Shown: positions 1-8,660 of the stretch, in pieces
Layout of the letters: each line of letters begins with the position of its first letter
Numbering within the stretch: the first letter of the stretch is position 1
Assembly (NCBI GenBank): GCA_964556675.1
Contig: CAZKYN010000001.1
Span: 1-38,350 of the forward strand
Direction of reading: 5' to 3'
Source: an uncultured Syntrophaceae bacterium
GTDB lineage: Bacteria; Desulfobacterota; Syntrophia; Syntrophales; UBA4778
DNA length: 38,350 bases
Program-made: the position numbers and the translations under genes
Notes under the pieces: generated by a model
Database searches by the model: none
What the model was told of the DNA's origin: nothing
Seen by the model: only the letters and a program-made list of their open reading frames with translations

Positions 1-381
1 CACATATTTTTCCAGTTCCTCTAAAACCTGGGGGGTGATTATGGCGGGATCATTGAATCTGCGTCCGCCGTGGACCACCCGGTGGCCGACAGCAGTGATA
101 TTGTCGGCGCCTCCGAGCACTTCCCTTCCCCAGGCAAACAGCGCCTGGACCGCGCCTTCATGTCCGAGCGGCCCGGACCACTCCCTTTCCCCGGCCACTC
201 TCCCGGAGGCGTCTTTCGCCTTGAAGTGCGGCTCGGTGAGGATCCTCTCGATCTGCCCGTCGTAAAGAGCCTGTAGACCCTGGAGAGCCGGGAGCGCCGC
301 GGGCTTTATTTTCTGAACGGCGTAGATTGTGAATTTGAGGCTGGAAGAACCGGAATTTAAAACGATGATGAGATCTGCCAT
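1..381 (-). CDS. ackA: acetate kinase, N-terminal 127 codons (rest of the gene runs off the left edge)
   Basis: Absent from the ORF track because it is open to the window edge. My reverse-strand translation from the ATG (complement of 379-381) reads MADLIIVLNSGSSSLKFTIY...ITAVGHRVVHGGRRF. This contains the LNxGSSSxK and GHRVVHGG motifs of acetate/propionate kinases. An AGGAGGG Shine-Dalgarno (complement of 390-396) lies 8 nt upstream. Confidence 0.85.
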   Translation of the reverse strand, partial: MADLIIVLNSGSSSLKFTIYAVQKIKPAALPALQGLQALYDGQIERILTEPHFKAKDASGRVAGEREWSGPLGHEGAVQALFAWGREVLGGADNITAVGHRVVHGGRRFNDPAIITPQVLEELEKYV

Positions 382-439
382 TTAACTTACCCTCCTATTT
401 TTACGCCTCGGAATTTAGAGGAGCAAAGAGGAAAAGCCC

Positions 440-1123
440 TCAGATTAAACCTTTGAATTTCAGACCCGCCCTTGTCATTTCGATTATCGAGCTGTCGCCG
501 ATGAATGCGGTATTTATCACCAGGTCATAATTGACGGGGTCTGCTATATCCACATTGAAGTACCTGAGGATGTAATCTCTGCGATCCGTCTCGACCTGGG
601 CTACTTTTCTTTCGGCGTCCCGCCGCGATACCCCGAACCTGTCCATCGAATTCCTGATTCGCCACTCCCGGGGGGCAATAAGCCTTATCCTCAACTGGCG
701 CTCCGCTTCGATCATGAAATTGGCGCCTCTGCCCAGGATGACGGCATGACCGTGCCGGGCTACTGTGCCGATCAGTTTCGCCAGGTAACTCAAATATTGA
801 TTCGACGAGAGTTTATGGGCCGGATCCAGTATGGCGAGCCAGTCATCCAGCATGGACCTGCCTTTTTCGTCCAGGGATTCGATCACAGCGGTGGTCATTC
901 TGGCGCTCTTCGCGACTTCCTCGACGATCTTGCCGGCGTACAGGTCCAGTCTGAATTCCCGGGCAAGTTTTCCCGATATCGCGCCCCCGTTGCATCCGGG
1001 TTCACGCGATACGGTGATCAGAGTTTTTGCGGCGGCTCGCCTTTCCTGGGTTTCTGCTTTCCACCTTTCCAACTGCTCGTCCACAAGCTGTTCGATAACG
1101 TCAGGTCTTGGTTTCTTTTCCAT
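440..1123 (-). CDS. cytidylate kinase-like family protein (P-loop NMP-kinase-like, function unknown)
   Basis: 227-aa ORF. The N-terminal ITVSREPGCNGGAISGKLA resembles the degenerate P-loop of the Cytidylate_kin2-type family. A GGGAG Shine-Dalgarno lies upstream, and the gene is on the same strand and closely spaced with its neighbours. Confidence 0.65.
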   Translation of the reverse strand: MEKKPRPDVIEQLVDEQLERWKAETQERRAAAKTLITVSREPGCNGGAISGKLAREFRLDLYAGKIVEEVAKSARMTTAVIESLDEKGRSMLDDWLAILDPAHKLSSNQYLSYLAKLIGTVARHGHAVILGRGANFMIEAERQLRIRLIAPREWRIRNSMDRFGVSRRDAERKVAQVETDRRDYILRYFNVDIADPVNYDLVINTAFIGDSSIIEMTRAGLKFKGLI

Positions 1124-1291
1124 TGAAGACTCCCTGGCAATTTTCTACTCCCTGCGGCCGGTCCTTCCTCAATCAGGACGGCATGACTGCTCCCCGCCAA
1201 CTCACGATAATTGACGTCATACTCAGCCCCCATGGGCCGTATCCTGCCCTCCCCACTCGCCTGATCGCGCGTTCCCCTGCTTTCTTCCCGG

Positions 1292-1870
1292 TCAGTGAAT
1301 TTGCACTGGCGATAATGCTGCCGGGCCTGCTGCTATCGCCGGATGCAATCGCATGACGATGTGGACAATTCCCTCATCCCGCGTCGTCGAGACCTCCAAT
1401 CCGCTCTTCTCGAAAACCTTGAGCATGGCGAGATTGCCCGGCAGCACATCTGCATGGAATTCCTTTATCCCTGCGCTTAGGGCTATCCCGATAAGGCGGC
1501 GCAGCATTGCCGACGCTATTCCCTGTCCCTGGTACCTGTCCTCCAGCCCGAATGCAACTTCAGCGCGACCGGGCCCGATAACAATATAGCGGCAGCCGCC
1601 TGCGATGGCGCGGCGCCCATTCTCTTCCACTATTACCGCAAGCGCGACATGATTGACGAAATCAACATCAAAAAACTTGTCTACTTGTTCTTTGCTGAAT
1701 GTGCGCCGGGGGGAAAAGAACCTGCGCCGCAATGACTCCGTGCTCGTCCTGTCGACAGTCCTCAGCAGTTCGTCCCTGTCGTCCGGCCTCACGGCGCGGA
1801 TTTCGACAACACGCCCGTTGCGCAGGGTTTCAACAGCCGAGTATTTGGATAAATCAGTTGGGAGTTTCAT
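1292..1870 (-). CDS. GNAT family N-acetyltransferase
   Basis: The ORF track gives 1292..1930. I prefer the internal ATG at 1868-1870 (MKLPTDLSKY...), which is preceded by AAGGAA, because the upstream 60 nt overlap a palindromic element. RYQGQGIASAML matches the R/Q-x-x-G-x-G/A acetyl-CoA binding motif. Confidence 0.75.
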   Translation of the reverse strand: MKLPTDLSKYSAVETLRNGRVVEIRAVRPDDRDELLRTVDRTSTESLRRRFFSPRRTFSKEQVDKFFDVDFVNHVALAVIVEENGRRAIAGGCRYIVIGPGRAEVAFGLEDRYQGQGIASAMLRRLIGIALSAGIKEFHADVLPGNLAMLKVFEKSGLEVSTTRDEGIVHIVMRLHPAIAAGPAALSPVQIH

Positions 1871-1934
1871 TTCATTTCCTTGAAGAGATTTCCCCTTTTT
1901 TAAAAAGGAGAAATTTAAAAAAGAATACATCGAT

Positions 1935-2006
1935 ATTGTCGTTCTGAGCGCAGTGAAGAATCTGTTTTTTAAAAAGAAAGATTCTTCGGCTCAGCCTCAG
2001 AATGAC
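1935..2006. repeat. about 70-bp palindromic intergenic repeat (REP/MITE-like), copy 1
   Basis: The sequence is ATTGTCGTTCTGAGCGCAGTGAAGAATCTG...AGATTCTTCGGCTCAGCCTCAGAATGAC. It has nested inverted arms (GAAGAATCT/AGATTCTTC, CTGAGC/GCTCAG). A second copy in the same orientation lies at 19259-19336. Confidence 0.6.
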
Positions 2007-2057
2007 ATGTAAACAAAAATCCCACCAACTGCCCCCTTTAAAAGACATTTAGAAAAG

Positions 2058-3518
2058 TCACCTCGTCTCGTACTGCCCCCGGCGCCGGGCATTTGCTACT
2101 TGCGCCATCACAGCCGCCGAGGCGAGTCTCGTCCTCACCGAATCGGCACGGCTGGTGAGGACAATGGGAATCCTGGTCCCGAGGACGATTCCTGCGCCTT
2201 CGGCACCCGAGAGATACGTGAGCTGTTTGAAGAGCATATTGGCCGCCTCCAGGTCGGGCGCGAGCAGGATGTCCACATCGCCGCTCACCGGCGACGAAAT
2301 GCCTTTTGTTTTAGCCGCCTGGGCGCTGATGGCGTTGTCAAAAGCGAGGGGCCCGTCGAGAATGGCGCCGGTGATCTGGCCCCGGTCGGCCATCTTGCAC
2401 AGGGCCGCCGCATCCACGGTGGACGGGATCTTGGGGTTGACGACTTCCACCGCGGAGAGGATGCCCACCTTGGGCTTCTCAATCCCCAGGGCATGGGCCA
2501 GGTCGATCGCGTTCTGGATTATATCCCGTTTAACCTCGAGGTCCGGAAATATGTTGACGGCAGCATCGGTCAGTATGAGCATCTTAGGATAAGTGGAAAC
2601 ATCTATGACCATGGCGTGGCTGATCCGGCGCGAGGTACGCAGCCCGGCGGAACTTGGGACAACGGCGCCCAGGATCTCGTCGGTGTGGAGGCTGCCTTTC
2701 ATAAGGGCCTCCACCTCGCCCGCGCGGGCGAGTTCGACAGATTTCACGGCGGAAGCATGGCTATGCTCCGTGGATATTATCCGGTAGGGGCTTACATCGA
2801 TATTGGCCTGCCGGGCGGAATCCTTTATCTTGTCCTCGGGCCCGACGAGCACCGGGACAATGAAGCCGCGCCGCGCCGCTTCAATGGCGCCCTCCAGGGA
2901 ATCGCGGTCGCAGGGGTGCACGACAGCGGTAGGTATTGCCTCGCAGCCCTCGCATCCTTTGAGGAGTTGAGCAAAGGCGTCCCCCCAGCGCAGTTCAAAA
3001 TGAGCGGGCATTATGTTGTCGTATTTGAGTCGCGAGGTTGGAGCCTGCACTGTCACAGTTCCGGAAACAAGTTCCGCGCCTGACTGATTTACGCAGGAGC
3101 TGTCGAATACGACCACATTATCTTTTTTCTGTTTCTTTCGGGCTTTGACCTTTGCCGTCAGCGTATCGCCGACGGTGAAATCCCCTGAGAAATCAAGATC
3201 CCTGTGCAGGATGCGCATGCCCGGACCGGGCAGGCGCGTGCCCAGGACTATCGATATAAGGGCCTCGGCGCCGGCCGCTTCTGTCTTTTTCTGATCGGCC
3301 CTCGCGTCTTTGTCAGCCTGGCCGGCCTGGCCGGCCTCGCCGTCACCCTTCAGGTAAAAGGCATCCACATCCCCTGAAACAATCGCAGCCACGTCGATCT
3401 GGTTTTGTTTCATGGTGACGGTCAGCTCGGCGCTGTCGCCGATCTGGATCTCATCAAAAGTAACGTTTGTGAATTCTTTTAAACGCTCGGTTTCCCCGGG
3501 CAGTTGAATGTCTGCCAT
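2058..3518 (-). CDS. bifunctional MaoC-like (R)-enoyl-CoA hydratase / phosphate acetyl- or butyryl-transferase
   Basis: 486-aa ORF with an AGGAGG Shine-Dalgarno. The N-terminal about 170 aa look like a hot-dog/MaoC domain, interrupted by a low-complexity GEAGQAGQADKDARADQKK insert. The C-terminal about 300 aa look like a PTA_PTB domain (AVVHPCD..., ...DGPLAFDNAIS..., LLAPDLEAANMLFK). Confidence 0.85.
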   Translation of the reverse strand: MADIQLPGETERLKEFTNVTFDEIQIGDSAELTVTMKQNQIDVAAIVSGDVDAFYLKGDGEAGQAGQADKDARADQKKTEAAGAEALISIVLGTRLPGPGMRILHRDLDFSGDFTVGDTLTAKVKARKKQKKDNVVVFDSSCVNQSGAELVSGTVTVQAPTSRLKYDNIMPAHFELRWGDAFAQLLKGCEGCEAIPTAVVHPCDRDSLEGAIEAARRGFIVPVLVGPEDKIKDSARQANIDVSPYRIISTEHSHASAVKSVELARAGEVEALMKGSLHTDEILGAVVPSSAGLRTSRRISHAMVIDVSTYPKMLILTDAAVNIFPDLEVKRDIIQNAIDLAHALGIEKPKVGILSAVEVVNPKIPSTVDAAALCKMADRGQITGAILDGPLAFDNAISAQAAKTKGISSPVSGDVDILLAPDLEAANMLFKQLTYLSGAEGAGIVLGTRIPIVLTSRADSVRTRLASAAVMAQVANARRRGQYETR

Positions 3519-3571
3519 GCTGTTCCTCCTGAGACCTCAATATTCAAAACTTCTGCATCTCTCCATCCGGG

Positions 3572-5935
3572 TCATCTCCCGGCCCTCTCCGGTTCACTTT
3601 CTGTTTTGGACGAGGGAACATCATTTTTTTTCTTGCCGGATGATTTCTTTTTTGCTCCCGGAAGAGCGGCGCCCTTGATGAGCTCATAGATGTTATTCGC
3701 AAAGTCGAGCTGCAAGGGGGAAACGCCCTCCAGGGACATTGCCCATTCCAGCAGTTTGAGGGCGCGGTCCCGGTCTTCCTTGCTGGAAAGCAGACCCGGC
3801 AGCGCTTCCATTGTGCGCTCCGGCTCCAGCAGCGCCAGCACGCCGGCCTCGGAGTTCAGGCGCCGCATTTCGTCCTCGGAAATCTTCGACAGCACCTCAT
3901 CTGCGCGAACGAACTCCTGGATGGTCTCCAGGCGGCTCAGGGGTATCGAGCTTGCGAAACGTCCGAAAAGCGCGGACATTCGGGCGACAGCTTCCGGGTA
4001 CCCTCCCCTGTCGATTGCCGCCAGGGCCGCCTTCACATAAGGGAGCTCCCTCAGGTCCGCCGCAGCCGGCGGGAGCCCTGTCCTTGTTTCTCCCTCCGCG
4101 CCCGGTGCGACCCCTGAGGCTACAAGAGACCCGTAAATCTGAAAGAATGCCGATTCGGTTGCCGCATCCCGCATGTCGCGATAGAAATTGAGCGACCCGG
4201 TGATCGCCTGGGACCAGGCGCCCTCTAATACGCGAAAGGCATTGTCGCTTGCCGCCGGTTTCCGGTTTTGCCGTACATAGGGCGCCATGGCCTTTAACGG
4301 CCACATCATGGGATTCAAGTCGCTTAACAACCAGCGCTGCATCCTGAGGGGGTGCAGAGTCCGGCCCATTTGGGCGGTTGTCTCGTTCACCATGCTCCTG
4401 ACCAGCGGGCGAGCGTAAAGCGAGTAAATTTTCTCGTTCATCAGCGAGACCTCTTCGACCGCCTCGAACGGCTTCTCGTCCTTACGCTCGAGGCGGTTGA
4501 GTTTGCGGAGGTCTTCGAGACGGACTTCGCGAAAGGAGGATATGTACCTGTCCTTTCCCTTCCCGGCCGTTTCCTCAAGATCCATCACATAAAGGCCGGG
4601 CCGCAGCATCTCGATAAAGTCAAGGGCTTCAATAATTTCCGTATGCTCCTTCTGGGCGACCTTGCCGGAGACGAAAATGCCCAGGTGGCCCACGTCCTCG
4701 TTCAGGAGACCAATGATGACCTGCCCGAGGGCCTTGATCTCGGCCGTGCTCGAGTAGACGTCGGAAATCCAGTTGAGCGCCTGCTGGGGCGGCGTTATGT
4801 TGTCCCCCCGGGATGAAAATATTATGACCGGAGTGCGAATGGCTTTAAGGTCAACGTAGGCCCCGGGGGCAGCCGCCTTCACCTCGCCCCGGGCCAGTTT
4901 GTTGCCGATGAAGAGGTTTTCAACAATCCAATGGATCTCCTCCTCGTTCATCAGGAAATAGCCTCCCCACCACTTCTCGAATTCCAGGAACCGTTCCCTC
5001 TCCTTATCGACGTTTTTCCACAGGTTGTAGTACTTGCTCCAGAAAGTGTTCGCGGGGTTGAGGTTCTCGAAATTCTGCACGAGCCAGGCGCCGTCGAATT
5101 TGCCGTTTCCGAGATCGCCGGCCAGCAGCGCCGGCCACGATCCCCCGAGGAGGCCTCCGCTGTATCGCATCGGGTTTTCGCCCTCGTTGCCGCTCCAGCT
5201 GCCGCTCCAGTACGACATTGGCGCGCCGTTGATGACGACGGGACCGACCAGGCCCGGGTCGTTTGCGGCGATCAGCATGGAGGCCCAGCCGCCCTGGCAG
5301 TTGCCGTAGATTGTCGGCCGGGGGCTGTCCGGGTGGCGGCTGACGACCGTTCTCAGGAATTGCGCTTCGGCGGCGCTGACGTCGAGAATGGTCTGCCCCG
5401 GTTCCGGGTCGCGGAAGAAAATAATCAGGTAAACGGGGTGCCCGAACCGCAGGGCCGTTCCGACCTCGGAATCCATCTTGAAACCGCCGATGCCCGGGCC
5501 GTGGCCGGCGCGGGGATCGACTATGATAAAGGGGCGCCTGGTATTATCGATCTGAACGCCTTCCGGGGGAATGATGCGGATCAGCGCATAATTAACGGGA
5601 CGCGCAAAGGTCCGCCCGTCGGCGATCATCTCCGATTTGAACGCCAGCAGAGGGGGCTGGCCCTCTTTCACATGCTCGAGGTAATTGTCGCCGCGTTCCC
5701 GCATTACATCCCAGAAAAGCACGAAACGCTGGGCGAAGTCCGCCGCATAATCGGCCCACTCCCGCCACGGATCGGCAAATGCAGCGCCATCGCCGGTTTT
5801 CCGGTCCCGGGCGGCCTGTTCCATGCTGTTCAGGAAATTCTTCAGGGCTTCGAAAAACCGGGTCGTGTAAAGCTTGCCGATCTTTTCGAAGAGATTCCCC
5901 AATTCTGTTAAGTTTGTTTTTAGTTCTTGTCCCAT
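3572..5935 (-). CDS. DUF3141 domain protein (PHA-synthase-like alpha/beta-hydrolase)
   Basis: 787-aa ORF with an AAGGAG Shine-Dalgarno. The N-terminal half (RPFIIVDPRAGHGPGIGGFK..., GNCQGGWA nucleophile-elbow-like motif) matches my recollection of the DUF3141 family, which is often annotated 3-hydroxyalkanoate synthetase. Confidence 0.75.
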   Translation of the reverse strand: MGQELKTNLTELGNLFEKIGKLYTTRFFEALKNFLNSMEQAARDRKTGDGAAFADPWREWADYAADFAQRFVLFWDVMRERGDNYLEHVKEGQPPLLAFKSEMIADGRTFARPVNYALIRIIPPEGVQIDNTRRPFIIVDPRAGHGPGIGGFKMDSEVGTALRFGHPVYLIIFFRDPEPGQTILDVSAAEAQFLRTVVSRHPDSPRPTIYGNCQGGWASMLIAANDPGLVGPVVINGAPMSYWSGSWSGNEGENPMRYSGGLLGGSWPALLAGDLGNGKFDGAWLVQNFENLNPANTFWSKYYNLWKNVDKERERFLEFEKWWGGYFLMNEEEIHWIVENLFIGNKLARGEVKAAAPGAYVDLKAIRTPVIIFSSRGDNITPPQQALNWISDVYSSTAEIKALGQVIIGLLNEDVGHLGIFVSGKVAQKEHTEIIEALDFIEMLRPGLYVMDLEETAGKGKDRYISSFREVRLEDLRKLNRLERKDEKPFEAVEEVSLMNEKIYSLYARPLVRSMVNETTAQMGRTLHPLRMQRWLLSDLNPMMWPLKAMAPYVRQNRKPAASDNAFRVLEGAWSQAITGSLNFYRDMRDAATESAFFQIYGSLVASGVAPGAEGETRTGLPPAAADLRELPYVKAALAAIDRGGYPEAVARMSALFGRFASSIPLSRLETIQEFVRADEVLSKISEDEMRRLNSEAGVLALLEPERTMEALPGLLSSKEDRDRALKLLEWAMSLEGVSPLQLDFANNIYELIKGAALPGAKKKSSGKKKNDVPSSKTESEPERAGR

Positions 5936-6051
5936 GATTGACTCCTTACCGCGGAAGATTGTTTGTGCGTTTTCCCAACCTTTCCGAATCCTTGTTACGC
6001 TTCATTCAATGCAGGTCATCCGGTGTTTTCCTCTCTGCATTGCCTGTATTT

Positions 6052-6747
6052 TCAATCGACACCCGCGGTAGTGCGATCGGAGGCAGTTTCGTTTTCCGCT
6101 GCCGCACTCGCCAGCAACGGCTTGAGGGCGCCCGCAATCCGGTTTCCGAGGCGGTCGACCGCATTGCTCATTGCCGTGACTATTGACGGGTAATCGCGCC
6201 CCCTGATGGGTACATTGAGGTTCGAATCGTGTCGGGCCAGAACCCGGCCGCCTTCATCCACAATGGACCAATGGGCCTGGAGCCAGACGTTCGAGCCCGG
6301 CACCGCGTCGAGACGGGTGACATTCACCGCAACCCTGTACTCGACCGGCAAGATTCTCCGGCCGGTAATGACGGCAACACGCCTTTCGGGATACTGCGCC
6401 GAAAGATTCTCCGCGAGCACGCGGGCAATATCGCTGCGCAAATCGCCGCCCCACCTTTCGTATTCGGCAAGCTGGAGTTCGTTTAATTTTGTCCTCGTGA
6501 CAATCTCGGGCCGGTCGAGGTAATCAGGTATTTCGACAGGAAGGATCCCGATGCTGGCCTCGGGGGTGCCGCTCTGCCCGCTTCCGTCCATTCCGTCGAC
6601 AACCGCCGTTCTCACGGGGTTCAGGGTATAAAACCGCGAGGGCTTGGAGGCCCCCCCAATACAGCCCGCCAGCGCCATATGAACAAGGGCGACAATCGGT
6701 AAAACCGTTTTCCAGCAAAAGCATTTTTTCATTTCTGTAATTTTCAT
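6052..6747 (-). CDS. PqiC/YmbA-like ABC-transport auxiliary lipoprotein
   Basis: 231-aa ORF with an LAGC lipobox. It carries FYTLNP and IPDYLDRPEIV motifs typical of the DUF330/PqiC family. Its ATG overlaps the mlaD stop (ATGA). Confidence 0.75.
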   Translation of the reverse strand: MKITEMKKCFCWKTVLPIVALVHMALAGCIGGASKPSRFYTLNPVRTAVVDGMDGSGQSGTPEASIGILPVEIPDYLDRPEIVTRTKLNELQLAEYERWGGDLRSDIARVLAENLSAQYPERRVAVITGRRILPVEYRVAVNVTRLDAVPGSNVWLQAHWSIVDEGGRVLARHDSNLNVPIRGRDYPSIVTAMSNAVDRLGNRIAGALKPLLASAAAENETASDRTTAGVD

Positions 6748-7703
6748 GGCTGCCTCTTTCCCTTGATAATGGCCTCGGGATGGCGTTCAAGGTAATCGGC
6801 CAGGGACCGGAGGGAGCGCAAGGACCTGTTCATTTCCATGATTGCGCTGCCAAGTTCGTAGCCGATCGCGGAATTCTCCTGGGCTATCTGCTGGACCGAA
6901 AGGAGCATCTCGTCGGCCCGCTCCAGGGTCTTGGAGGAAGTCTGGATCAGGCCGTTTTGACCAGTAACCTGTCCGCCGATATTGGCCACGGCCCGGCGAA
7001 TTTCATCCGAAGTGCCCTGCAGATTTTTTGCGAGCGGTTCCACCTCGTCGTTCAGCTGGTCCATGAGCTTGGCCGTCTCCCCGAGAGTCGCCTGGAGCAA
7101 TTTCATGTTGGCCTGCACATCACCCGAGTGGACGAATTCGTCTACTCTTCCGATTACCGAATCCAATTTCTTCACTATTTCTTTCAAGGGCAGCTCTTGA
7201 AGCGTTTGCTGCAGCTCCTCCGTCGCGGAGGGCACGGAAGGGATCTCGGGATATCGGGCAAGCAGGCCTATGTATTGGGGCGGTTCCTGTGGAAAGAAAT
7301 CGAGGGCCACAGCAAGCTGGCCGGTTATGATGCTCTGCATGATAAGCTGGGCCCGCAAACCTTTTTCAATCATGGGTTTTACCAATTGCCCCTTTGCCTC
7401 AGTCTGCGGTCCCAATCGTTGCGCCTTGTCCGGAAATACATCGAAAATGACAGGCACATAGAAACTCAGCGTCTTAGGATCGAAGATGAGGGAGATATCT
7501 TTCACTGAACCGACCTGCACGCCATGAAACAGGACAGGGGCGCCGACGCTCAGCCCCTTTACGGAACCGGTGAAATATGTCTCATAGGTCTGGGTCTGTT
7601 TGAAAAACCTTCCGGAGCCGAACACGGCCACGGCGACCACGACCAGGGCTATCGCACCCAGGACAAAAGCGCCGATCATTGTTTTACTGGCAGCTTTACT
7701 CAC
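6744..7703 (-). CDS. MlaD/MCE family substrate-binding protein
   Basis: 319-aa ORF with one N-terminal TM helix followed by an MCE domain (FTGSVKGLSVGAPVLFHGVQVGSV) and a coiled-coil tail. It overlaps the upstream ATPase gene by 8 nt. Confidence 0.85.
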   Translation of the reverse strand: MSKAASKTMIGAFVLGAIALVVVAVAVFGSGRFFKQTQTYETYFTGSVKGLSVGAPVLFHGVQVGSVKDISLIFDPKTLSFYVPVIFDVFPDKAQRLGPQTEAKGQLVKPMIEKGLRAQLIMQSIITGQLAVALDFFPQEPPQYIGLLARYPEIPSVPSATEELQQTLQELPLKEIVKKLDSVIGRVDEFVHSGDVQANMKLLQATLGETAKLMDQLNDEVEPLAKNLQGTSDEIRRAVANIGGQVTGQNGLIQTSSKTLERADEMLLSVQQIAQENSAIGYELGSAIMEMNRSLRSLRSLADYLERHPEAIIKGKRQP

Positions 7704-8535
7704 GTTTTTCTCCTTCCGCAGGTTTGCTTCCCGGGGCGAGCAGGCACGGGCCGGGGACTTCCCCCGGCGCGGCTGATGCCTGGGCCTCTCCCCGTGTCAG
7801 GAAATTTTGCACGGTGGGATTCCGGCATTCCGTAAGCAGCCTTTTGGGGTCGCCCGTGGCAAGCATGGTTTTTTCCGTGGCATCGATGAAAACGGAATTG
7901 TTGCCGACCGCGAAGATGCTCGGCAGTTCATGGGTCACGATGACCACCGTGGCGCCAAGGCTGGCCCGCAATTCCAGGATCAGTTCGTCGAGCATGTGCG
8001 AGCTGATCGGGTCGAGCCCCGCGGAAGGCTCATCAAAGAAAAGGATGTCGGGGTCGAGGGCCATGGCCCTCGCCAGGCCCGCGCGCTTTTTCATGCCGCC
8101 GCTGATCTCCGCCGGATAATAATCTTCGAAGCCGGCCAGGCCCACTAATGCCAGCTTCAGGGACGCGAGTTTCCTGATCTCTTTCGCGCTCAGCTTCGTG
8201 TATTCCTCGAGGGGAATGGCGATATTTTCCGAAAGGGTCATGGAGCTCCAGAGCGCGCCGCTCTGGTAAAGGATGCCGCAGCGCCGCATTATGTTGTCGC
8301 GGACCTCGGGCGGCGAATCCCAGAGGCTGACATCGCCGTAAATCACCTTGCCTTTGGCCGGCTTATTCAACCCGACAAGATGGCGCAGCAGCGTGCTCTT
8401 GCCGCAGCCGCTGCCCCCCATGATGATGAAGATATCGCCCCGGTTCACGGTAAAGTTCAAATCGCGCTGCAAGACGAAACTCCCGTATGCCATGGTGAGG
8501 TCCTGCACGATTATGTGGGGTTCCAGGCTGCTCAT
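7696..8535 (-). CDS. ABC transporter ATP-binding protein (MlaF-like)
   Basis: Walker A GGSGCGKST, signature ISGGMKKRAGLARA and Walker B ILFFDEPSAGLD are all present. Confidence 0.9.
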   Translation of the reverse strand: MSSLEPHIIVQDLTMAYGSFVLQRDLNFTVNRGDIFIIMGGSGCGKSTLLRHLVGLNKPAKGKVIYGDVSLWDSPPEVRDNIMRRCGILYQSGALWSSMTLSENIAIPLEEYTKLSAKEIRKLASLKLALVGLAGFEDYYPAEISGGMKKRAGLARAMALDPDILFFDEPSAGLDPISSHMLDELILELRASLGATVVIVTHELPSIFAVGNNSVFIDATEKTMLATGDPKRLLTECRNPTVQNFLTRGEAQASAAPGEVPGPCLLAPGSKPAEGEKRE

Positions 8536-8660
8536 TTATACACTCCATTCTGACCCCCCCCTCTTTTAAAGGGGGGCCGGGGGGGATTTTGCATTGCGGT
8601 GCATTGGACGAATGGAAAGATCCCCCTGAATCCCCTTTAGAAAAGGGGGACTTTGATGCG
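8536..8660. repeat. C-run/G-run hairpin elements inserted between mlaE and mlaF
   Basis: CCCCCCCCTCTTTTAAAGGGGGGCCGGGGGGA lies at about 8554-8586 and TCCCCTTTAGAAAAGGGGGA at 8631-8650. Each can fold as a C-run/G-run stem. The 125-nt gap is unusual in an operon whose other junctions overlap. Confidence 0.5.

Noticed and set aside
2100-3083. Long antisense or alternative-frame ORFs inside G+C-rich genes. Examples: 2100..3083, 4931..5911, 6780..7508, 8566..9315, 8589..9239, 9220..9855, 16424..17299, 18230..19183, 25780..26442, 27310..27696, 29933..30646, 36594..37274.
   Set aside because: Each lies entirely within a gene on the other strand or frame that has clear family motifs. They have Arg/Pro/Gly-rich low-complexity translations and no Shine-Dalgarno sequences, which is typical of shadow ORFs in G+C-rich DNA.
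3291-3345. A GGCCGGCCT-type tandem repeat.
   Set aside because: It encodes the low-complexity AGQAGQA linker within the MaoC/PTA fusion and is not an independent element.
6219-6228. GGTTCGAATC, a tRNA T-arm-like motif.
   Set aside because: It lies inside the PqiC-like coding sequence, and no acceptor or anticodon stems can be drawn around it.
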